Assembly (NCBI GenBank): GCA_030704615.1 | Contig: CM060731.1 | Span: 78,740,001 to 78,804,000 of the forward strand | Source of the DNA: Takakia lepidozioides | Taxonomy: Eukaryota; Plantae; Bryophyta | DNA: 64,000 bases | Direction of reading: 5' to 3' | In this document: positions 38,001-50,000 of the stretch, piece by piece | Layout of the letters: every line of letters starts with the position of its first letter | How positions within the stretch are numbered: the stretch's first letter is position 1 | Notes under the pieces: generated by a model | What the model was told of the DNA's origin: nothing | Database searches by the model: none | What the model saw: only the letters and a program-made list of their open reading frames with translations | Translations under genes and position numbers: made by a program

Positions 38001-41000
38001 ACTTCAGACTTCAGGTTGAGCTGATCCTCTGTGATATTTTCCCAATGTCAGCTATTTCTTTTGGATGAGCCTTTTATAAGACAAGATAGAGGCCATATGT
38101 TGAGTGTTACCTTGACAACCCCATTGGCGATGAGCCAAATGCCATCCGATTTTGAGGTTTCCCTGTACAGCACACACTCCCGTAGCTTCATGAACTCCTT
38201 AGCTGCAGTGGCAAGAATTTTCTGAATGGATGTTGACAGTGCACCTATCAGAGGCTGATTGCTCAGAGTCTCGACTGCTGTGGGCATCACCACTATTGGT
38301 GGATTCCGCAGCAACTTCTTCAAGTCCATCTGGCCATTCCAATTCTACTTAAGAGACTGAAGCAGCAGTCCAACTGCAATTAACTCTCTAGCCTGTCAGT
38401 CACCGCCTTTTGGTAGATAAACACGGGAGAGAGCAAAAAGATGTGTTCATAGAAAGACTCAAACCTGAACAGCATCATGCAGATGGAGGGTCTCCTTGGC
38501 CTCTAAAAGCCCTGCCTCCTCCAGGCTCTTAACATAATCATTTAGCTGTAGCAGAATTGCATACGTAACTTGCTTTGTCTTCACCACCCGCAACACCTAC
38601 ATGCCGCCCCCTCCCTCACCCAACAGACGTGTTTGCACTGTGCTGGGACTGTCTACGGCCTGTGGCTCAAAACCTTTGAAAATTGGTATCTGCATACACA
38701 CACTTAAATTCCATTATGCAGTGCCAACTGCACAGGCAAGAAGGCAGTCTACAGTGAACTTCCAATGATTGTAGAGTACCTGGGGGAAGGAGAGGCGGAC
38801 ATCTTCAAGGAACTTCCGAGCTTCCTGTTCTTCTGCTTCACTCTCCTTGATCACAGCCTCTGCAACCTCGCTCTCTCCTGCTCGCCATAGTCAGCTTCAA
38901 CTAAAACATGGTGATTTTCACACATAAGATGAGACAGAAGAAATAAAGAATGGAACAAGCTTCATAAACCATCTGAGAATATTGTAACAGTCAACCACAG
39001 CAGACTGCTCACCACTGTAACCATGAGCTAAACACACTTAAAAGCAAATTTTCTTCTTTGTTCGTTTGTTTTTGTGTATTCTTTCTCCATACAATGGACT
39101 AGGTTTTGGGCTTCTATTTGAGGCCCAACTTTGTTCTTGTTTCTTGCTTTCTTTTCATTCCATTTCATTTCATTTCATTTCTTTTGCTCCTAAGCTCTTT
39201 GAGCTTTCTGCAGACGTGCTAAAGTATCATTTTCATTTCTTCTCACATCCTATGTGCAGAGTTTATGCGTGTCACTTCAAACCAAGGCCCTCTTCTGTCT
39301 TACATCCTTTCTTAAAAGGTTACAAGCCCTTTCACCCAAGGGTCGTGGCAAGAGCCCTCGCAACATCTATTATGCTCAAAACAGCAGGTTTCAAGCTCGA
39401 GTGCGCAGTGCAATGGACTCTCTATTGCTTCACTATTGCCAGAGAATCCAGAAGGGGTGGAAATCAGGATCGCAACAGACTCATTAGAAGGGAACTTATG
39501 GAACTACATGTCAGGAGAACTTGGAAGCTACCCAATCTCACAACAAAGCTCCATTTCTAATAAGAGACATTCTTCGTTCTCCATGATGATAGAATCTTGC
39601 GGCCCAATTACCTTTCGGCGCCTTTATCTCCTTCCCTCCTGAGCATTGGGGCGGTTCAGGGTGGGCTCCCACAATCTACAGATAGAGACTGGCAGATGGG
39701 AAGACCTGCAACGGGAGGACCGCCTATGCCTAGCTTGCACCGGGCGCAACCAGGAAATCGAAACTGAAGAACACTTCTTTAATTGCCCTCTATATTATGA
39801 GATCCGTCACTGTCTATTCCGCGGAACCCAATCTCTCACTGAAGTCTTCCACTATAAGGATCAGAAATGCTTGGCAATGGCCCATTTTACTGAACCTATC
39901 CACCACCACCATGATTGTATCGAATCTTTTTGACAGCGGCATAGAAGTCATGAAATCCATCGAGACACTTTCCCAAGACCTCTCTGGAATCAGCAAGGGT
40001 TGTAACAGCCCCACTTGCTTTTTGTACTCGCTCCGGTTTTGTTGGCATATGGTGCATGTCTTGACATACTCCTCGGCCTCCTCCCTCAGTTTGGGCCAAA
40101 AATACTCTTTATTCAAGAGTGTCGCGGTGCGCTTGGCTCCGCCATGGCCCGCAAGCAGGCCATCATGGCATTCTCTCAAGAGACTATCTCTGATCCCTCC
40201 CTTTGGCATGCAGAGACGCTTTTGCTTGTACCGGAGGAGTTCATTGTGCAAGTGGAACTGCGATTTAACCCCCATCCTCAAGTCCCACATCACGGACTTC
40301 GCCATCTCATCCTTCCGGTAAGCCTTCCGAATCTTCCTTTGGAGCGTCGTCTTGCCCCTGTACCCCAACATGAGCTGCTATTTTTTACTTAAAGCATCGG
40401 CCAACACATTGTCCCGTCCCGGTTTGTACTGGATATCCACGTCGAACACTGCCAAAGTGTCTTGCCACCTAAGTTGTTTTGGGGACAACTTAGGTGCATG
40501 AGGCCTTGACCCTCGTGCAGAGGCCTAGACCCTTCTGTTTGCTGTTCAAAGGTAGGCTTCCCGCCCTGAGTTTAAATTTCAGTCTAGTGCCGAGAGTGGG
40601 TAGACCCTTGAGGTCATCCATGATGTCCTCCCCCGTGTCACAGACTGGAAACAAGTTCAGGGAAGTTTTCTGCCTAACTTCATTTTCATGAGACAATTTC
40701 CAAGCAACAGACATGGCTTTGGACGCTACAGCCTCTAAGTCAGATTTTTCCAGCAGGGTCAAGACTTGCGGATTGAGATGCCCCCACAGTCTGCAGATAG
40801 AGATGGTAGATGAGGCCACCTGCAGCGCAATGACTGCTTGTGCCTGTGCCCAGAGGTGTTCCACTACAAGAATCAGAAATGATTGGCAGCATATCTCCAT
40901 GAGATAGTCTATCTTAGACAATCCCTCGATCAATAGATGTGTTTGGGCTGGTTGTTGAGGGCCCCACTCTCTTTCTTGTTTTCTCCTGTACCATAAGCTC

Positions 41001-44000
41001 TTTCAGCTTTCCGGAGATACTAAAAAGTAGCATTTCATTTCATCATGTCGGCGGAAACTCAAAGAGCTTATGGGACAAGAGAAAGCAGGAAACAAGAAAT
41101 GAAATGAAAATTAAGAGAGAGGGGCCCAAACAATGAAATGAAATGATACTTTATAGCTTGCAGAAAGCTCAAATAGCTTATGGAAAAGGATAATATTTAT
41201 AAGTCCACTTGATGCCCAAAGGACCCACAGGACACAATAGAACGACTGAATCCCAATAACAAATCAAATTAAAGCATTATATGTGAGAAAACAGACCCAT
41301 GAAATCACGGAGTTGCTGCCGCGCGATCCTATGAGCTCGGAGGAATGCTGCACATATGTAGCATGCCAGTTCAAGCCCATCAACAACGAGGAAAATCAAA
41401 AACCTTTGCGGTAGGAATGAGGTGCTGCGAAATCGTAGGTACTTGAGGTAGCCTGGAAAGTGCACATGCGGTTGCAGTTCTTTCCAGTCCATCAACACCT
41501 GGTGCCTGGCAACCTGCCAATAGTTCAACCAATGAACCAATCAAAGCCCTTCGTACCATATTTCATGCCAGATCAGCTCAAGCAAACATCCATTGATAAG
41601 GACTCTCACGTTTGCGACTGTTGCTCGCCATACAAATAAGCATTAACCGACAGGTTTTGAAGAATGCCATTACAGCAGCCCAACAGTCCAACATCATCCC
41701 AATATCTGCAACATAAGAAATTTCCCGGACAGACCATATCTCATATAGTCTACCCTCTATATGTGACACCTGGGGAGTAGAAAAAATTGTAACACAGATA
41801 GATATTTAACATCAGAACAGATACAGAAATAAGAATCTTCCACAAATCACACCTAGAGAAGGGACACTTACAAAGAGCTTGAGAACTGGAATCTAACACT
41901 TAAGAGTTTGAATAATCCCCGTGAAGTAGAATCAAAGAGCTGACAGGTTTAATTGATATAACTCATGACTTCAGGCCAAGTTGTCTTGTTATATAGCCAT
42001 ACATATACTTAACACATATAAGGGTCATTTAGTAGCGGAGGGAGTAAGAAAACATCATGAAACATAACACTTAACACTTGCTTTGTAAAATCTTTGGGAG
42101 TGAAGAAAAGATAACAGATAAAGAAGGTTAACAGATATGGAGGGAACATTTATGGAGGGTACACTGTACTGAGCAGCTCAGGGACCCTGTACAGCTTCCG
42201 CATCAAACTATCATGAGACAGTTATTAAGGTCAAAAGGTGTTTTCTAGTCACAACAACCACACCCCTTTCCCATGAGAGAGATATCAAAGATTTGTTACA
42301 TTATCCAGGGTCTCATCCACCGACTGTATGAGAACAAGGGCGGCTGTCTGAGTGATGCGGCCTTCTTCGAACATTGCCCAATATGCCGCCTGCACCCCTG
42401 CAGACCCCAGTGAAGTATGCAGTGAGACATGTTTTAAGAGTTTGCAAGACATAGAGTGTGCACTCAATGCCATACCATAAGATAAGAGACCATCTGACCA
42501 TCTTACCATCTTAACAAGTTCAAGTTGCAAGCCCAATCCCAACATGAAGGGGTTGCTCATTGATCTCATGTATTCTAGCTGCAGCGCTAAATTTTTACGA
42601 GACAGAACTGATCTGCATTGCATCAAATAAATTGGCTGTTAAAGGTAACAAGGGCTCTGTTGTGGGACCCCATGCACAAGAGGGCATGACAACTCTTTCT
42701 CTTGCCTTCCACCTGTGGATGTTATAAAGCTTCATTCGGTAGGTGGGACAACCTGCAATGTGAGGACTGCCTATGCCCGCTTGCAACGGGAACAACACGA
42801 ACTCGAAAGTGGAAGTGAAGAGCATTCCTCTTTCACTGCCTTTCTACCATGAGATCCATGAGAGATTCAATTGTCTATTCCGTGATACCCATTCTCTCAT
42901 GGAGGTCTTCCATTACAGGGATCAGAAATGCTTGGCAGCTTACCTGCATGAGGCTTCGACTCTTAGACAATCCCTTGACCAATTGTTCCTTTTGGGCTGC
43001 TTGTGGAGGGCACCTCCCTCTTTCTTGTTTCCTTCTCTTGTCGCAACGCTCTGTGACCTTTCTGTGGACGTTATAAAGAACCATTTCATTTCATTTCTAC
43101 ATCTCTATTGCGGGCATTGGGACGGTTCAGGGTGGATCCCACAGTCTGAGGATGGAGACGGGCAGATGGGAAAACCTGTACCATGCTCAATGTTTATGCC
43201 CTGCCCGAGATAGGGCTATAAGCTTTCCGCGGACGTTATAAAGCACCATTTCATTTCATTCATTTCTATTACTGGCCATGGAGGTCTTGCCGTTCATGAA
43301 ACGAAGCCGGGTGTCCTCATACTGCAACTTCCGTACTTCATCTTCAGTGGTAGCAGTGGAGGTAACATTCTCATGAGGATGTGTGGGCCGGCCTTCCTCA
43401 GGCACATGGCTCAGGCAACTCACATATTTGCGCACTGTAGTCCAATCAGCAGGCCCTAACTCCTCATCTTCTCCAAGCTCTTTGAAAGCCTCCAATGCTT
43501 TGCTATACATCTCACACTTTGCATACTCCAACACCTGTGACTGCAACGACATGCATGCAAAACGTATAAGAAACCCAAATTTCAATCACTTGACAGGCAC
43601 AGTCTAATGGCAATGGTTCATTGGCCTCTCATCCTCAGATTTGGCAGTGAGGGTAGTAATTCTAGTTCATTATACCAAGACTGTAAGGTTAGCATGTAGT
43701 CTTAATTTCTGCATGATGCTCTCCAACAAAGACAATCACTCAAAGTTGGATAGTGGTTTTATGCTTGTGCCAGAGCTGGTTGTTGGGGCTGTGTTCTAAT
43801 CATCTGTAATTTTTTTCATCCCATAGTACTGTCAGTGTCCCATGATGTTATTTAAGTTTCTAACTTTCTAACTTTCTATGTGCATGCATCCAACTTCAAA
43901 CTGAGGCCACCTTCGGCTTACAATCTTTCTTACAAGGTCACCAGCCCTTTCCACCGAAATAGACAATTGAATCTCCCACGGATCTCATAGTATGAAGGGC

Positions 44001-47000
44001 AGTGAAAGAAGAAATGTTCTTAACTTCCAATTTCCCTGTAGTTCCAGCAAGCGGCACATAGGTGGTCGTCGCCTTGCAGAATTTCCCACCTACCATTCTC
44101 TATCCACAGACTGTGGGAGCCCACCCTGACCCTCCTCAATGCCCTCAGAAGAGAGGGAGATAGAGCTGCAGACAGGTAATTAGGCCGCAAGATCCTATCG
44201 TCACGGAGAACGTGCAATTCCATAAGTTCTCATCTGATGCATCTATGGCTGTGTTTGGACACATGTAGTAGGGAAGCAATGGAGAGTCCATTGCGCTCAA
44301 AAAAGTTGGACACCCTAGCATACCAAGAGTGGTTGAAACCAGCAGGTTTCGAGCCTGAGAGATGTTGTGAGGGCCTGGGGTGTCAATCATTTGATACCCA
44401 ATCTCTCATGGAGGTATTCCATCATAAATGCCTGGCAGCTTAGCTGCATGAAGCGTTGACTCTTAGACAATCCCTTGAGCATAGTTGCTTTTTGGCTGCT
44501 TGTGACACCTCTATCTTTCTTGTTTCTTTCTTCCTCTTGTCCGAGCTTTCCGCGGACGTTATAAAGCACCATTTCATTTCATTTCATTTCCTCTTGTCCG
44601 ATAAGCTCTTTGAGCTTCCTGTGGACTTATGTACCATTTTATTTAATATCAACACACCTTGGTTTCAGAAGTGTGATCCATGCCCAGAAAGTGCAGAAGA
44701 AACTGGGTGGTGGAGCCATTGATGATGAGTGTCAAAAATACCACGCCCCCTGTCAGAAACACAACCTGTTGCATATTGTCACAGCAACTTCTTGAGAAGC
44801 GATGCCTTATTACCTCCCTTTCTCTCCTGCAATTTCTTCATCAACACCAATTGATGAACTTTCTGCTGAAGCCAAGGTTACTCTTTGAGCAGAAAATTGT
44901 CACAAATACTGGACGCTATATCTGCTCGGACCCGCATAGATGCATACCGGCAGATTTTGTCCCACATACAAGGTTAATTTCATATTTGCTGGTCTAGTGA
45001 AGGTGGCTTCTGTCCCTCAGCCAATCATTTGAAAGAATAGAAGCGGCTGACCAAGTAACATATTTTATTGTGAGACTCCATCACTATGTTGTGTCAAATA
45101 AAGATTCAAATCTCCAAATCATGTCCATTTTCAATGTTAATAAACAGACTGGTCCTACTGTATACTGTTAACTTATTGGAATGATCAACAGACCCACTGT
45201 GCGAAGGCCCCATAACCAACCCACTTTGACAACAGGAAACTCAGCCTCAGATCCTTGGACTATAAGCAAAGTGCATGGCAAACTACGTTGAGCAAAGAGT
45301 GTTCCTTTTTCTAATGTCTCCAAGGAACTGACACACCCACCGAACATGCGTCCAATCAGGAGATGCCTCAAGCATTTTGCAGACTCAGTACAAGACAATG
45401 CTGCATATCATCCCCAATTCAGGTGGGATTCTCCCACATGAAGCAAATGAGATGGGAACCATACTTGTGTTACAAACATACCCGTGCTTCAGTGATCTCG
45501 GAGATGTGCGAGGAATCGTGTACACCAACTTGCTGCGAATCACCATTATCCGCCAATTCAATACACATGCTTTCCACTATTACATCTCTCACCCGTTTTA
45601 CCTTAAATGTAAGCTCACGGAAAAATCTAGAGCGGTTGAATGCCATGAGAATAGTTTGTACTCACAACAACAGACAGGGAAAGAGACAGAGCAACTGCCC
45701 CTCGAAGGCCTGCCCACGTCAGCATGACTGCCTCTTTCCAATCAAGGCCATAGCCAAAGCACTTCAACCCCGGGTAGAGCATGGCCACAACCATAACCCT
45801 GGAGAGCTGTACAAACATGTATAGAACTGCCAAGTATCCCCAGTCCCGACCTGAAACATTGGCCACACCCAAAGCTTATTATGCTGCAACCAGGACATCT
45901 ACTGAGCATTGACTATGGGCATCCAGAGTCCCTCCTGAACTTGGTTCAGGCCACATGCACCGCCACCAAAAGAAGCAGGTTGGAGCCAGAGGCAGGAGAG
46001 GGAGGGAGGTGAGAAATACAAACAGACAAACAAACAAAGGAATTTTCTAGCGTCCATGGGTGGCTCAAAAAGCTTATGAGACAAAGGGAAAAGAAAAGAA
46101 GATACAAAAGAATATGAGGCCCCCAACCACCAGCCACCAGAGTCATAAAACTACATTTGACTTCGAAAGATTCTCTAAGGCAGAGAGCATCATGAAGAAG
46201 AGAGGGCCACCACCACCGTCAAAAAATGTGGGGGCACAACAGCTTTGAGACACAGCCACAAAAACAGACAAAAAGTGCAAGGACCTCGGTTGTATGGAAA
46301 GCACCAATTTACTGCATTAAGCCAACACGATACAGCAGTGGGTGGAGGAATGGCTGGCACTGCAGAACACCCGAAGCCCATACCCCATCTCTTCCATGCA
46401 CAAGTAGAGGTCAGGGAAGACAGGAGGCGGGGCGAGCATCCCTCCAAAGGCTTTCGGGATGCGCACGTGATTGTGTTCGCTTCTCTGGTTGTGAGCATCA
46501 CACAGGGGTCTTGCTCTCCCCAACCATAGGAAAGAGAGGGAGGGAGTACCTTCAATGTTATTACCACTCCTAAGGATGCTTTCTGCAATGACAACCCCAC
46601 TGCACCAAACAAGGCAGCACCATTTAGGAGCACCCCTACAATAGGACGACTTCACAAGCAATTCTCACATGCAGGCAGGAGCAGCAGGCAGCAGAAACTT
46701 CAGTCACCACGCCTTCACCCTGGAGCCTCAAGACAAACCCCTTTAGAACCTGCAAGTATGCCAATTAGGTGACAAAAGTGGACCTCATCAGATCCTCAAA
46801 TACACCTCTATGTGCCTGTCTTCTTCATTGTTTTTATATTTAGTTTCTCATTCATCTCCCAGGCTGCAATAGAAGGTGAGAGATTCCACACCTGAGGATG
46901 AAAATCAGGGTGTTCGCAATGTAGGAAATCATCTCCCTGTTTCAGTTAACCCAATGCCCACCCACCAAGTCCTGCAAATCTTAGATAGCATCTGAAAAGC

Positions 47001-50000
47001 AAGCTGGATGCCACTCTGCTTTCATGGTTGGAAACAGAATTCAAGTGTTTACAAGTGGAAGGAAGAACTTTACTGCTGATGAAAACTTACCAGAAATGAT
47101 GCATACTTTGCTTGCTCTCGCCAGTGAAAAGTTTCCTTGCAAATGCTGCTAAGAATCTGCACATGGATTTGCACAACAATCAAAGTGCTACATCCTGGGG
47201 CAAGCTATCTCCAAAGGAGCACATATTAAGCATTTGACACCAAAGATTTCTTTCTGCATGAACACAACAGGGAAAAGAAGATGAATGGAGGATCAAGGAG
47301 CTTACATGCCCACAGTCATCACTGTCAGAACGCCAGAGACTTGAGCTTCCTCTTCAGCCTGCCTAGGATTGGTGGCCCATCCACAGATCAGTCTGACCTT
47401 GTCCAAGAGTCCGAATATGAACAAAATTTCAAAACAAGGATGTCATAGGCCACATTTTTAGCGTATCGCCAAACCAGTCTATACTCAATCTGCGTCACAA
47501 TTGGGGAAAAGCCTTCACCAGATTTTTGGTTATTTATGCACATACTGAACTTGGAACAAATCATTAGGCAACTTTTATCCCAAAATGGTAATGGTAACTG
47601 TGGCTTAGGTTTGGCTACATTTAGGAGTCAGGTAAAACCTCCCCCCTTCAAGTGTGGCTCACAGGACATGGAAGCATTTCGAGGGGAGTAATCAACTTGA
47701 GGTAGAATCAGAAGGGTGATTTTGCTGCTAAGTGATATTCTTCAAGGAGAAAGGAAAGAGTAAAACAAGGAAATCAAAAGCTTCTAAGCTAGGAACCAAA
47801 AAGGTTTGAAGCTGATGAATGTACAATATAGAAGGCCATGTAGCTTGCTGTCAAGGTGAGTGTGATTTCAACAACAGTGTCATTGAAGACCACTCCCAGC
47901 CAAAACATCGACACGACTCCAAACAACAAACCCAATGCAAGTCTGCAAAATGCTTCAAACTCGGAGCTTCAGATCCAATAACATCCAATACAGCAACATT
48001 GCCAAATAAACTGTATCAGACAATTCACTTCGTATCTTCACCATCACACCTACTTATTGGGAATGACAGGTGCCCTTTTACTTGGTGAATAATTACTCCT
48101 TCATCTGGCACACACTTGCTAATGTGAGTTCAACTCATAAGGCGTTGAGTGGATCAGGGTTAGAACAATACATACGCTCCCAAAGCGACACGGGAGAGAA
48201 ACTCAATGACTTTGAGAGCAGTGAAAGGCTGGTCCAACACCATTTGCAGGAAAAGACGAAAAACCACTATTGCAGTTCTGCATAAACACGCAATGAAAAT
48301 CACACCTTTCGATCAATAAATTTGGTATTGAAGATTGATGACACCAGACTTGATGGCAGCAAAGCAGCTGCCAAGTTCAAGAAGTCAATCTTGAAGAACA
48401 GCATTAAGAGGTTCTAGAACTATTTAAGATCCTTGCATACATTGTTAGGTCGTAATAATACAGAGCCAGCTTAGTTTTTAATGCAGCACAAGCATAGGTG
48501 ATTTTGAAACCATTACGACATGGCTCAGTATGGCATTCTAAATCCTCCCCATAAGCTCTTTAAGCTATCCATGAACATTATAAGTGTCAATTCGTTTCAA
48601 TGTCTTCTCATAGATCCTCCTGGTAACAAGAAATACCTACTTCTTTCGTTCAAATTCATTCATTTTCTCCAGGGATTCAAGTCAAGTTGGTTTGAAGATC
48701 TCATTTGGGGTATTTGGTCACATAGAACCCTCAGGCTCCCTATGGATCTTGTTTCTACCAGCTTAGGGCAGAGTACGATCAGTTTTACATTCATCTGGTG
48801 GAAGGAGGGACTCTGCACCCACCCATCATTCATCAACGACTCGCCCTCTATGAGAGTACTCAGTTTCTTGCTGGCGCCTAGCTCCTTCAACAACGCCACC
48901 ACTGCCACTGGATCAGTTGCACTAAGAAGGCCGCCCAGCAGCATTGATGTACTCCAATTCCATCCATAGGGAAGCACAAACTGTGCCCCAGCAGTCCTAG
49001 TAAATGAGTTCATTGAATAAGGAATACCTACTGAAGATGGAAAAGCATAACACCTTACAGGCAAAATCTAAAGCTAACCAAAAAAGAAAGAACACAGGAG
49101 TTTGTAAAGTCCAGAGTGGACCCCGAGGACCGATGGCAGAGACAAACTAAAACAACAAAAAAACCACATCGGACTATACCAAATATTGCCCAAAGACAAA
49201 GTGTCTCAGGCGGTTAAGCTGCAAGATATCAAATCTGAAGGCCTCTTCTGCCAAAGACTGGGAGTCTCTCAAGACTCAATAGTATAGACCTCAGATCTCA
49301 TAGTAAGAAGATAAAAGCTACTGTGCCACACAGGTTTTCATCTCACAACTGATGCAATTACACTTGGACTATGGTGTATGATTCCTGCTTTCTGGGTACA
49401 ATGAGTGCAGTGACTGCTCTGAAGCAACTTCCACAGGAGTTGACGGCAGAAGATTTGAAGGCACTCATTAACCCTTGCTATTAGTTGGCTGCACATGTCG
49501 CCTAAACTGAAAGTGAATAAACCAGTTGTATACTTCTTTTGAAATTGTTTGTTGACACATTCTATGCTAAATCTTATAATCGCTGTAAGCCAATAGAACA
49601 TAAAAGTCATACCAATTCATGACTCATAACCGCTTAGAAAGGGGGAAAACATCTTATTTTGATTACACTCGGAAGACCTTCCTTTGAGCACAGAGTCGTT
49701 AGGCTTGTTGCTGACCCAGTGGAACTTGATCTATTGTGAGGGAAAGAAGAAGAACAAAAAAGAAGAAATGGAAGGAAATGAAATGGAACTTTATAATGTC
49801 CGCAGAAAGCTCAAAGAGCCTATGGGACAAAAGGGAAGCAAGAAACAAGAAAGAATAAAAGACAAAGAGCGAAGCCAGAAGCACCCCAAAAGCAACTACT
49901 GCTCAAGGGATTGTCTATGGGTCAAAGCTTCATGCAGAAAAGCTGCCAAGCATTTCTGATCCTCATAGTGGAAGACTTCAGTGAGAGACTGGCTGTCACG

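Noticed and set aside
46130-46540. Overlapping ORFs on both strands in a SOS1 intron
   Set aside because: GC-rich stretch with no recognisable protein; only the short GVVIAES exon nearby is supported.
49340-49680. Possible DNA-transposase (BED finger) remnant
   Set aside because: Resemblance too weak; no TIR or TSD found.
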